A stretch of 64,000 nucleotides of DNA from Mobula hypostoma (GCF_963921235.1 NC_086108.1:29452001-29516000); one strand, 5' to 3'; counted from the first letter of the stretch, positions 10,834 through 22,850 are shown. Notes: generated by a model from the letters alone, not told the origin. Made by a program: numbers and translations.

Positions 10834-13611
10834 ATGCCCCGGTTAAGAAAAAGAAGGAGGTGCTCGGCAGGTATAGGCAGCCAGGAACAAATGAGGTACT
10901 TGAGCAGTATAAGAAATATAACAGAACACTTAAGAAGGAAATCAGGAGGACTAAAAGAAGACATAAGATTGCTCTAGCTGACAAGGTGAAGGAGAACCCT
11001 GAGATCTTCTACAGATATACTGAGAGCAAAAGAATATCAATGTACAAAATTGGTCCTCTGGAAGATCAGAATGGTAAACTATTCATGGAACCAGAAGAGT
11101 TGGTGGTGTTGTAAAAAAAAAACCTCTCATAACAATGATCAGTGAGGCGCAGAGATATCTGCATTTACCGACACGTACCTTTGTTGTTTAAACTAATAAG
11201 TACGTGAATTCATACACTAAATACCTTGTATGCACACCCACTAAGTATCCCTGACTCTCCTGAATAGTCAAATAATAGCAAAGGTATTACCCTGGCCAAG
11301 GAGTCTACGCTGGCCAGGCATCCCCGTAGTACCGATTCACTCACCACGTGTTTAATGCAGGGTCGCTCATGCTTGTATCTATAATGGTTATTCTTTGAGG
11401 TTACTGCTGCCAGCACACATGAAGCATCGACTTTTCTATCCAACTGTTATCAATTCAAATATTGCAATCCAGTGTCATTGGCCTCAGGTCATGTGTCTGG
11501 CCTTTAACACCTTGTTATTGTCTCTGCTCCAAGCATCCATTTATTGCCCTCTTCCCATCAAGTGACAGTTGATAATTTATGGCTTTTTGTTGTCAATCAG
11601 CAATGAGCTCAAATCACTCCAGGCAGGTACAAACCCCAACACTCACAAACCTACATATTATAGCCAACCAAAGAACATCTCACAAGTACCTTCTTATTCA
11701 GAAATTGTCTCCAGTCCAGCAGATTACCTGAAGTATCATTGTGTCTTCTTTAAAACATTGATCAAGCTCAGCATGTCAAGCTCACAAAATGGAGAATAGA
11801 GTGTCTTCACAAAATGGCAGCTTCCATCCCCAAGCATGCGGCAAGAGCAAAGACAATGAGTTTGTCTGCTTCCATTGTCCTTGATTCATTTGATCTCACT
11901 GATTTATAGAATGTAGCTCTTTCTGGTCAAAAGTGGAGGTTTTAAATAGATTTTTTTTTTGCACCTGTATTAACTTGAAAGGTGGACACAGTCTGTACAC
12001 GTGAGGCAATGCAGCAAGATGATCATGGACCCTATACAGATTACAGAAGAGGAGGTGTTTGCTGTCTTGAGGCAAATTATGGTGGATAAATCCCCAGGGT
12101 CTGACAAGGTGTTCCCTTGTGGGAGGCTAGTGCAGAAAATTGCAGGGGCTATAGCAGAGATATTTAAAACATTTTTAGCCATGGGTGAGGTGCTGGAGGA
12201 TTGGAGGAGAGCAAATGCTGTTCCACTGTTTAAGAAAGGCTGTGAGTATAAGCCAGCAAATTATAGGCTGGTGAGCCTGACAGCAGTGGCAGGAAAGTTA
12301 TTGGAAGGTACTGGATATATAAGTATTTGGATAGACAGGGATTGATTCAGGATAGTCAACATGACTTTGTACAAATTAATTCATATCTAACCAATCTTTC
12401 AGAGTTTTTCCAAGGAAGTTACCAGGAAAGTTCATGAAGGCAAGTCAGTGGATGTTGTTTACTTGAACTTTAGCAAGGTCCTTAACAAGGTTCTGTTTGT
12501 GAAGTTGCTCAAGAGGTTTCAGTTGCTTGCCATTCATGATGAGGTAGTAAATTGGATTAGACATTGACTTTGTGGGAGAAGCCAGAGTGGTTGTAGTTGG
12601 TTGCCTTCTGACTGGAGGCCTGTGGCTCATGGTGTGCTACAGGGATTGGTGCTGGGTCCATTGCTGTTTGTTGTCTACAATGATTTGGATAATCATGTGG
12701 TTAATTGGATCAGCAAATTTGCAGATGATACCAAGATTGGGGGTATGGTGGACAGCAAGGAAGGCTGTCAGAACTTGCAGTGGGCTGGTGAAGTGGACTG
12801 AAAAATAGCAGATGGAATTAAATGCAGATAGGTGTAAAGTGTTGCACTTTGTAAGGACCAACTAGGGTAGGTCTTACACCATGAGCGGTAGGTCACTGAG
12901 GAGCGCAGTAGAACAGAGCAATCTAGGAATACAAATCCATAATTTGTTGAAAGTGGTGTTACAGGTAGATAGGGTCATAAAGAAAGCTTCTGGCACTTTG
13001 GCCTTCACAATCAATGTATTGAGTACAGAAGATGGGATGTTATGACAAAATTCTATAAGGCATTAGTGAGGCCTAGTTAGGAGTATTGTGTCCAGTTTTG
13101 GTCATGTACCTACAGGAAAGATGTAATTAAGATTGAAAGAGTGCAGAGAAAATTTACAAGGAAGGTGCTGTGACTTGAGGACCTGAATTATAAGGAACAG
13201 TTGAATAGGTTAGGACTTCATTCCTTAGAATGTGTAAGACAGTGTGGAGATTTGATGGAGGAACAGAAAATCATGAGGGTATAGATAAGTTAAATGCAAG
13301 AAGGCATTTTCCACTGAGGTTGGCCAAGACTACAACCAGAAGAAATGGGTTAAGGATGAAAAGTTTAAGGGGAACATGAAGAGGAACTTCTTCACTCAGA
13401 GGTGGTGAGAGTGTGGAACGAGCTGCCAGCACGAGTGGTGCATGTAGGGTCAATTTCAATATTTATGTGATATTTTGATTGGTACATGGATGGGAGGGGT
13501 ATGAAGGGCTTTGCTCCTGGTATAGGTTGATGGGACTAGATAGATTCATGGTTTGACAAGGACTAGATGGGCCAAATGGCCTGTTTATGTGCTGTAGTGT
13601 TCTATGACTCT
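10834..13611 (+). mobile_element. CR1 LINE copy B nested in copy A
   Basis: Motifs KVKENPEIFYRY, DKSPGSD, EDWRRANAVPLFKKG, NYRLVSLT, GVLQGLVLGPLLF and ISKFADDTKIGG; tail ttctatgactct. Flanking AAGGTTG repeat at 10827-10833 and 13612-13618. Confidence 0.92.
11107..11932. mobile_element. Probable solo LTR (826 bp), unclassified, nested in CR1 copy B
   Basis: Begins TGTTG and ends CAAAA (one mismatch from CAACA). Flanked by GTGG at 11103-11106 and 11933-11936. The CR1 reading (EPEE.../ ...FFAPV) resumes across it. Confidence 0.6.
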
Positions 13612-15196
13612 AAGGTTGTTGAGAGTTACAATGGGACACTGACAGGATGCAGAGCTGGGCTGAACAACTGCAGATGGAGTTCAACTCGGAAAAGTAATTC
13701 ATTTTGAAAACTTAAATTTTAAGGTAGAATACAGGTTAATAGCAAAATTCATAGCTTTGTGGAGGAACAGAGGGATCTGGACGACCAAGTCCATCAACTC
13801 CTCAAGGTTGCTGCGCAAGTTGATAGAGTGTTTAAGGTGCCATATGGTTTGTTGGCCTTCATGAGTTGGGAGATTGAACTCAAGAGCCCTGAAGCAATGT
13901 TGCAGATCTATAAAACTCTAGTTAGACCTCACTTGGAGTACAGTATTGTGTTTCGTGCATTGGAGAGAATGCAGGGGAGATTTACCAGGATGCTGCTTGA
14001 ATTAGAGAACATTTCATATGAGGAAAGGTTGAGTGAGCTAGGACTTTCCTTGTTAGAGTGAAGAGGCTAAGTGGCAACTTGAAAGAGGTGTAAAAGATTA
14101 GAAGAGACAGATAAAATGGTCATCCTAGGGCACCAATGGCTAACCCCAGAGGACATTCTTTCAATGTGAGCAGAGGAAAATTTAGGAGAGATGTTAGAAG
14201 TAGGTTTTTTACACAAGGGAGTAGTAAGTGCCTGGATTGTACCGCCTGGTGTGGCAGTAGAAGCTGAGAGGGACATGTGAAAGACTCTTAGATAGGCATA
14301 TGATTGAAAGAAAAAAGCGAAGGCTTAAGGGCTGCGTAGGAGGAGAAGGCTAGATGATGTTGGGTAGCTTAAAAGGTCGGCACATCGTGGGCCGAAAGGC
14401 CTTTACTGTGCTGTTCTATGTTTTAAGAATGCAGTATAGTACGGTATATTTCGCGAGGAGATATTGGATGTTCATGCGTTTGACATTAAGGGTGGTCGCT
14501 GCAGAACCCTTACACAATAGAAATTCTACGTACAAGGAATAATAAAGAGGAGGGAATCCCAGTTCGAAAGAGCTGATGTGATGCTACATTAAAATATTGA
14601 GCTATTTAATCTAATTTTAATTTTTCAAAATAGCCGTACCAAGTTCATCTCTGAACGGTTCCAAACTCCGTGAATTCATTCTGCTTTGAAGATTCACCGT
14701 AAATACAATTTAGATTTCCTCTTATCATTTGCTTGAATTGCGGCATATTTTAGTAATTACATTTCTACATATCAGCACACAGCACATGCAAAACGACGTT
14801 CAAATGTGCTTCAGAAAGAATATAAAGTGAAATTTAGACATTTCATTTGATTTTTATATAATGAAGCTCACGAAAGACGATAATATTACAAAAATATTGA
14901 GAATTTGCACGTTTCTTTTAGTCTTTGTCTTTCTGTTGTATCTTAACTTAGAATGTTTATTTGCCAAGTGTGTAGATTTTCATGAAACACGCTGTTCTAC
15001 ACCACAGCAATAGTTCTTGCCGAGAATTACAACCTAGCTTGTTGGGCGCCTGCATTTTGTATGTAAATGACTGCAGATCGCTGAATGATGAAAGTCAAGG
15101 GAGAGAGCGAAATAGGGGTGACGACTTCACAGAGGCAACAGCCCAGTGCCAGTCACAACAGGACTGGGAGCCTCGCTTTAATGCACCTACTACAAC

Positions 15197-15426
15197 ATGG
15201 CTGCGTACACGCATCTCTACAACTCTCTCATCTGCCTGGTGCTCTCGCTGACAGCGACTGCGGGCAATGAGGGCTATTTTCCGGAGGAAAAACTGGCGTC
15301 GGAGTCGGCTCTACAACGACCCAAGGTTCTACTGGCTATTATCGCCCGGAACGCGGCACACACGTTGCCCCATTATCTAGGCTGCATCGACCGGCTGGAC
15401 TACCCGAAAGACCGTATCGCTCTCTG
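15197..15426 (+). CDS. COLGALT2: Procollagen galactosyltransferase (GT25 family), coding exon 1, most similar to COLGALT2
   Basis: AACATGG start, a signal-peptide-like N terminus, then YFPEE...ESALQRPKVLLAIIARNAAHTLPHYLGCIDRLDYPKDRIALW, which matches the COLGALT family; HTLPH.LGC..RLDYPK is COLGALT2-like. The exon ends in phase 2 within the Trp codon at TG|GTGAGT, so the ORF-track stop at 15428-15430 is intronic. The paralog call is less certain than the family call. Confidence 0.9.
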
Positions 15427-16514
15427 GTGAGTTTGGCTGAATGTGCTTTAAGTAAGAAGTTTATTGTGATCTTAAAAAAAGAATAAAAGGCAAAGAGCGT
15501 CAAATCGATTCAACAGGGGTTAGAGACACCTTTTCAGAAAGGTTCAGGCTGGGGAGATCACCGACAACTATTGCCCTGGCATAGGTTCTGATTTAATATA
15601 ATGCCTACTGATTTTAGCCACAAACTCGGCGGCGTTCAAACGTGGGAGTACACAGTGCAGTGTCTACTTTCTTATTCCGTGGCAAAATCGCGATCTGCTT
15701 TACCAGATAATTTTACATATAAATACCTGCCGAAACTTTCGCAAGTCCCAGACTGAATCAGGAAAGAGTGCACTTGTAGAGCTGTCGATTGCTTCACATT
15801 GAAGTGAACACTACTGAAGTGGGATATAAGCATAGGGACAGACAACTTGCTTTGGCGGTTTCCCGCGTCATCTTGGATCTGAGCTCTCTGGTTAACAGCA
15901 GGTGGATGGTTATCAGGAATGAGTTGAAATCATTAACTTGTATTTGGAGTTTTACCTGCACAGAGAATGGAATCTGGTTTTGCAGGCATTGGGTGCCGAT
16001 GTCCCTGTTCCAGTGGCGGGACTTTGCTGGGTTAGTTTAGCACCGCCCCTTTTAAAATTACCTAGCCCCTCTCCTTTGCGGATGGATACCCCAATTCTAT
16101 CAGACGGCATTCCTAACCTCACTATGGACGCTGAACAGTTTGGCTCGGTATTTCGCTATATGTGAAAGGTTTCCCAGTGCAATATTAAACCAGACTGAAT
16201 CACAAGGCTCAGACCTTAAGCAGTGAGTAGTTATATTATCAGTCAACACCAGAGCTGCGAGCAATGGTTAGAATTTCCGCACTAAAAGTACATTTAAAAA
16301 ATCTGAAACAAATTAGGCAATGCTGGAAACTCAGCAAGTCAGGTAAATTTGTGGGAAGGTTAAAGAAATTACGCGTTCCGTCTTTTTCTCTCAACTCTCG
16401 CTGATTAACTTTAAAAACTTTGGAAACGAGACCTGACCTGGCGGCGGGTTTGATGAGAATGAAGGATTGACGCCCCCAAGGACTTTCTAACGACCCCAGG
16501 GTATTGACCAAACT

Positions 16515-16680
16515 AAAGTTCAAAGTTCAAATAAATTTATTATCGAATTACATATATGTCACCATATACAACCATAAAATTCGTTTTCTTGCGGGCATAC
16601 TCAGTAAATCCAAAAGCCATAATAGAATCAATGAAAGGTCGGACAAACAACCAATGTGCAAAAGACAACAAGCTCTCGAC
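16515..16680 (-). mobile_element. Rex1/Babar-type 3' tail fragment
   Basis: aaagttcaaagttcaaataaatttatt...catatatgtcaccatatacaacc matches the copies at 1400 and 58055. Confidence 0.7.
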
Positions 16681-18509
16681 ACTCTTGAGAACAAATGCTT
16701 CTGATTTTCAATGTGCTTTGGACGTGTTCAACCCACACCCGGACTCCGGAAGGCAGTATCGAGCAGCTGGCGTTCCCTTCGCCCTCTCAGCCACGCTAGT
16801 GTGAAAGATAGCAGGGACATTGATAGAATTCTTCAGCTACGCGCTGAATGGGGAAGAAGGGATCACTGTTTAAAAGTCAGTGTGCGTCCGTACTTGCACA
16901 TTATATATCAGCACGTGATTTGTCTTTGCTCTTCCCAGAGCTTTTTATTTGAATACAACCAAGGGTCTCGAAGGAGTTAAGGCAGCCTAGCAGGCTGGAT
17001 ATTCCTGCAGTCTATCAGTGGGGCAAGATTGATCAAGGCTTGCTGGCCTGCAGCTCGAACATATTAGCACACTATTGATATTTTTGCTTCATTGACTATT
17101 GAGGAAATTTATACATCAAAAGCCACTTTTATTTATCGGTGACCATTAGCTATAGTCCTGCTCCGTAGTGCCACCGTTCTGAAGTGCTTCAGAAGATAAC
17201 CGAAACCCAGAGTATTTGCAGGTTTTAAACAGTCGATTACTTAAATTTGTCCTGAATTTTTGGATCTCGGGCATCTTCCCTTGGTATCAACATTTATTTG
17301 GAGAAATGTATATTCCGTGAGCTTGAAGTTCACAAATACAAGCCGAAAATGCTGGAAATACTCAGTAGGGCGCGCGGAGAGAGAAACGGGGAACGCGATG
17401 GATCATTGGATTTGCTGTTTGGACTCCTCATTACCGTGCTCACAACACAACAACCCCCTCAGGTTATTACAAAATTTCCCGGCGAATCTGGGAAATAAAT
17501 GATTCAGTTATTCCTTGTTGTCCGTCAGCCGAGGCAGCGCGGAAGCGAGGTCGAGGTTCCCAGCCTGTACCTGGGCAGCCGCCAGTACTGGGCAGCCCTT
17601 GAAAAGCAGCATTTGTCTGCTGGAATAAAAAACGAGGAGAGCTCAATCCCAACACTTGTCTCTACAACCCCGCCCCCTTCACCGCGTCGGTTTCGATAGT
17701 ATTCAGTCTTCCGACGTGACGGGCAGGCATGACAATCCTGCCTACCGCTGGCTCACTGGTTACGGTGGAAAAGTCGCTGCCGCCAACCCCTCCGTCCAGC
17801 GGAACGGTGCCCGGGTGTCCAGGCGGACTCCGGACGCTGCTACCTGCAGTCAGCCGGCTGAGAGGCTCGACGCAGCCGGCGACGCGCTGACAGGTCTCTA
17901 CACTCGGGGTACGTCCTGGGAGGGAAGACAGCCGGCTTTGCTGAACTATATCCGAGAAACTTGTTAGACACGGGTCAAGTTGTTTAATATCATACTTCAG
18001 TAGTGACTGAAACCCGGTAGCAAGGGACTAATATTAGTCCTCTGCATCCAACACAGAGCTAAGCTCCTCCCTCCGGTTTTTACGCGGGTTTAGGTGAGGG
18101 AAATCTCCCCTATATAGAAGTATTTCAAAGCAGTAGTTTACACTCCCATTCCCGCTGATACTCACTTTGAAGTGCGAATGGCATGTTAGATTATGATTTA
18201 CTTCACAAAGGTTGTCTGGGAGATGGAGACGTGGGTGGATGTAGTCTCGCATTGTTATGGCTGCGCAAAGTCGATGACATTCTTGAAACAGGCTAAACAA
18301 TATGGTTAGACCACAGGTGGTGTGAGCTGTGAGTAAGTCATCATTGGCAGTTTCGTACTCGGGGTATCTCCAGCGCTGTTGATAACATCTTCTCTCTGTA
18401 CTCCAACAGAGTGTTTGTGTAAGCTTTCGGCAATTAAAGTTAAGCTTCCTGGATACCCCTGCTTGTATGCGAAGAATGTAATTTTACTTGGCAAAAACAA
18501 AATATGGTT

Positions 18510-18905
18510 TCCAATGCACAGGATCGGAAAAAAGGTTGCAGAGGGTTGTAAACCCAGCTCGCTCCATTATGGGCCCTAGCATCCCCATGATCGCGGACAC
18601 CTTCAAAAGCGATGCCTCAAGAAGGCGGCATCCATCATTAAGGATCTTCTCCGGCCAGAACATGCTCTGTTCTCGTTGCTACCTGCAGGGAAGAGGTTCA
18701 AGAGCCTGAAATCACGCACTCAACGTTTAAGGAACAACTACCCCCACCTCTTCGGATTTCTAAACGGTCGATGATCCCACATCACTTTTATTTTTGCACT
18801 GTTTATTTATTTTTTATATTTCTTATTGTAACTTATAGTAATTTTTATGGATTGCACTGTACTGCTACCACAAAACAACAGATTTTACAATATATGATTC
18901 TGATT
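18510..18905 (+). mobile_element. Rex1/Babar-type LINE 3' fragment
   Basis: Frameshifted LQRVVN...KAASIIKD...HALFSLLPAGKRFKSLKSRTQRLRN, followed by a 3' tail ending gattctgat. Confidence 0.8.
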
Positions 18906-19149
18906 TTTGATTTTCCTTGGAACATCATCCTTTATTAGTCATGAAATGATGGAGAGGGAAAGGCAGATATTGCAAGAAACTTGGAGCCAATAAATCAGCA
19001 TGAACCACATCTAGACACCCTTGCCTAATCTGCTAGCATCTTATCTCTTCTGTTCTCAACACCAGTGCCCATGATGGAGCTGGCTGAGGTGACAACAGTC
19101 TGCAGGTTTTTCTCATCCTGTGCATTTGGGAACCACACTTTTTACGCCT

Positions 19150-20765
19150 GTGAATTTACATTCTTCACTTACTGGCATGGGAACCAGCATGATAGGGCAA
19201 AGGATGGGGCAGTTGGTTTGCAAGTAGATGCAGTGTTTAGTTCAGAAAGAGATAAGAATTTATATTCCAGTAACATGGGGGCAAAATTGGAAAGGGTGAT
19301 GATTACGGGACTGAAGGTGTTATATTTGAATGCATACAGTATACAGAATAAGGTAGATGATCTTGTAGTACAGTTAGAGATTGGCAAATATATTGTGGGC
19401 ATCACAGAGTTGTGGCTGAAAGAAGATCATAGTTGGGAGCTTAACATCTGAGGAGACACCAACAGCGCAGAAGCAAGGTTGAGGTGTCCTGCTTGTACCT
19501 GGGCAGCCCTTGAAAGGCAGCATTTGTCTGTAGGAATAAAAAAACGAGGAGAGCCTGGTTTCCTTAAGGGGAAAACCTTGCCTGGCAAATCTTTTGGAAT
19601 TCTTTGAGAAATTAACAGGCAGTATAGATAAAGGAGAGTCAGTGGATGTTGTTTACTTGGATTTTCGGAAGGCCTTTGACAAGGAGTTGCAAATGAGGCT
19701 GTTAAACAAGAAAAGAGCCCACAGTATTACAGGAAAGATATTAGCATGAATAGAATATTTGCTGATTGGCAGGAGGCAAGGAGTGGGAATAAAAGGGGCC
19801 TTTTCTGGTTGGCTGCCAGTGAGTAATGGTGTTCCACAGAGATCAGTGTTGGGGGCCACTTCTTTTCATGTTATATGACAGTGATTGGGTGATGGAATTG
19901 ATGGCTTTGTGGCCAAGTTTGTAGACAATATGAAAATAGGTGGAGGGGCAGGTAGTGTTGAGGAAGCAGGCGTCTGCAGAAGGACTTTGACAGATTAGGA
20001 GAATGGACAAAGAAGTGGCAGATAGAATATAGTGTAGGGAAGTGTATTGTCATGCACTTTGGTAGAAAGATTAAAGGGCAGACTATTTTCTATATGTGGA
20101 GAAAATTCAGAAATCAGAGATGCACAGGAACTCTTTGCGCAGGATTCCCTAAAGATTAGCTTGCAGGTCGAGAGTCAATGGTGAGAAAGGCAAATGCAAT
20201 GTTAGCATTCATTTCAAGAGGACTAGAATATGAAAGCAAGGATGTAATGCTGAGGCTTTATAAGGCACTGGTTAGAACACATTTGGAGTGTTGTGAATAA
20301 TTTTGGGCACCTTATTTAAGAAAGGATGTGTGCCATTGAAGAGAGTCTAGAGGAGGTTCATGAGAATGAAGTTAATATATGAGGAGCATTTGAAGAGCCT
20401 GGGCCTGTACTCATGGGAGTTTAGAAGAATGAGGGGGCATTTCATTTCATTGAAAGCTATGAAATATTGAAAGGCCTAGATAGAGCGGACGTGGAGAGGA
20501 TGTCTCCTACAGTAGGGGAGTCTCGCACCAGAGGATGAATCCTCAGGGTAGAAGGATGTCCCTTTAGAACAGAAATGAGAGGGTGGTGAATCTGTAGAAT
20601 TCATTGCCACAGATGGCTGTGGAGGTCTAGTCATTGCTTATATTTAACACAGATTTTCTTGATTAATAAGGGCGTAAAAGGTTATGGGGAGAAGGCAGGA
20701 GAATGGAATGGCAGAGCAGACTTGATAGGATGAACAGCCTAAGTTTGCTCCCATGTCTTATGGAC
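19150..20765 (+). mobile_element. CR1 LINE with a large internal deletion patched by local sequence
   Basis: Start of the APE endonuclease (LKVLYLNAYSIQNKVDDL...IVGITELWL) up to ~19450. After a non-CR1 insert it resumes in RT (GFLKGK, VDVVYLDFRKAFDK, GVPQ) and runs to the 3' tail. Confidence 0.88.
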
Positions 20766-20984
20766 TGGAACCCCATAGCCTTCTGTCTCAAGGCAAGATT
20801 TGTGCCAGTGAGGATTGGCTAAATCCTAAATTTAAGAAACAGCTCTAGGCCAATGACCTTTCCATTAGAAAGTTCTTTCTGCAGTTTTGTACATTAGTGA
20901 TAGTTAAAAAAGCGCATTGTCTACTTTGTCTGAGTTCTACAAAGCACACCCTCAATGACTTTATAAGTCTGAACTTGGATCAAA

Positions 20985-21275
20985 AAGTGCACTGTCATCA
21001 CTGGACCAAGGTGCACAACACAGTATATACTATTAAGTCACATACAACACATAACATAATATTATCATAACATAACATTAGAAGTTTGACATTTAGCATA
21101 AGGCATATTTATGACACAAGTTAAAAAGTAAACAGTATAACACTACCTGGGTGGTGGCAGGGAGTTCAGTAGTCTCTCAGCCTGGAGGAAGAAGCTGTTT
21201 CCTATCCTAACAGTCCTTGTCCTAATACTACAGTACCTCCTGCTTGATGGTAGGGGTTCAAAGAGATTGTGGGAC
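20985..21275 (-). mobile_element. Rex1/Babar-type 3' fragment
   Basis: Minus ORF contains HNLFEPLPSSRRYCSIRTRTVRIGNSFFLQAERLLN. Confidence 0.75.
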
Positions 21276-22189
21276 ATCAGGCAGATGCTGCAATATTTTT
21301 CATATGCAAGACAGAATTTGAAAATCAATAAAACTTCAAATGCAGGAAATCTGAGAAGGAGTTATTGATCTGAAATGTTAATAGTGTTTCTCTATCCACA
21401 GATGCAAGGTGACCTGCTGGATATTTCCAGTGAATTGCTGTTATCAGTTACTTTTACATGGAATCATTTTCTACAGGAGACTTATTCTAATTTAGCCACA
21501 GAAAGACTGGGAATTTCCTTTTATATTTTTTTTGAGGAAAGCACCTATCATCTGGTCCATAGCATCAGTTCATATTGTGACTTTTAATACATGAAATATT
21601 TTCCTTTTGGATTTTCTGGAATCCTGCATAATACCTGGTGTTGGTTGCTGATGTTAGATTTGCATTGCATTCCTGTCAGCAGCACTTCACAGTATTTTTG
21701 TGAACTTTAGTAATGAATTCCAATGTCATCCTCAATGCCTCCATTATCTTCATTGTAAGCAAATACTGACGTCATTCAACCTGTACTGTTTATGCTTTCA
21801 GTTTCCTTTTTTGCATAGTTCATGTATATGTTCTCCTGTGCTACAAATTTCCATCCACCATGGCAGTGCTTGGATTTTGTATTGGATCCTTCAGTACAAA
21901 ATTTAATCATTAATTATAGATAAAAGAAGTGGTAGTACAGGAATGGCAAACCCTTTTGAGAGTGTGTTTCCAAAATGGCAATAATCAAAAATTTTCCCTC
22001 GTCTACCATGGTAATTTTCAGCAGAGGTTATCATTGAATAATGAATTATTAACAATAATTATGGACTTTTTTTAAGGCAAAAGGATGAGTCTAGTTGCTT
22101 CTTTACATGTATTACTATTAATAAAAGTATAACAGAGAAGGTTTGAAATAAATGAACCATTTTATAAAACCTGTTCAAAAATTATTAAT

Positions 22190-22850
22190 TCTGGATTCCA
22201 GTTAAGTGAACCACATTGGGACCAGTACATTTTGGCCCATTTAAGTGGTTGCCCCAATTAGCTGAAGTTTCATAGAAATAGTTAAAAAGGTGTAAAAAAA
22301 AAGGCAAAGTACCATTTAGCTGAGTAAGAAACTATGTATTTACATAAGGTACAGAACAAATTAGAACATTACCAATACTACAATCATCATGTGCCATGTC
22401 ATATGATGTGGGCAATCATGGTCTTTGAACATGATTGTTCTTGGCAAATTTTTCTCCAGAAGTTGTTTGCCATTGCTTTCTTCTGGGCAGTGTCTTTAGA
22501 ACATGGGTGACCCCAGCAATGTTCAATACTCTTTCGAGGTTGCCTGATGTCAGTGGCTGCATAAGCAGGACTTGTGATATGACCAGCTACTCTTGCAGCC
22601 ATCCACCACCTGCAGGCCAGTAGAGGGAAGGAATACCTTACGCCCCTTCAATGAGACGTATCTCCACCCAGCCACCCAACCAATACTACTATAGTATTAT
22701 AAAACTATGGATTCGCTCTGAATAGTTATCGACAGAGGAATTCATCCAGTGTATGCTGCCATTTTCTTTTGATTGACAATGTCAGTGCTGACACCTAGTG
22801 CAGATAATGGACTGCCTTCATACAATGCTTTCGACGATTATATCCTCCAC
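22190..22850 (-). mobile_element. Tigger/pogo-like non-autonomous element fragment (same family as 31041-31813), interrupted by a retroposon
   Basis: Reverse-complement similarity to 31520-31813 (tggattccagttaa...acagaacaaattagaacattaccaatactac...atagttatcgacagaggaattcat). Confidence 0.65.
22382..22678 (-). mobile_element. RTE-related short retroposon with 11-bp TSD
   Basis: Flanked by ACCAATACTAC at 22371-22381 and 22679-22689. Contains the reverse of GAAGAAAGCAATGGCAAAC. Same family as 59937-61625. Confidence 0.75.

Larger units (their letters stand above)
9735..14430 (+). mobile_element. CR1 LINE copy A (outer host: 9735-10833 and 13612-14430)
   Basis: ORF2 remnants: NPKTFCTYMKNRK, ELFASVF, VVGKLIERILRDRIYEHLE, SCLTSL, VDVVYMDFCKAF, and after the insert YKTLVRPHLEY...LERMQGRFTRML. 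Ends in a CR1 3' tail. Confidence 0.9.
14330..18800. promoter_or_regulatory. CpG-retaining domain: putative promoter/CpG island of the galactosyltransferase gene
   Basis: By eye, CpG dinucleotides are frequent here (peaks ~15000-15750 and ~17380-17970) and strongly depleted in the flanks. The domain contains exon 1. Confidence 0.7.

Noticed and set aside
15197..15430. Complete 77-aa small protein, as listed in the ORF track
   Set aside because: The TGA lies within the GTGAGT splice donor; this is exon 1 of a longer gene.
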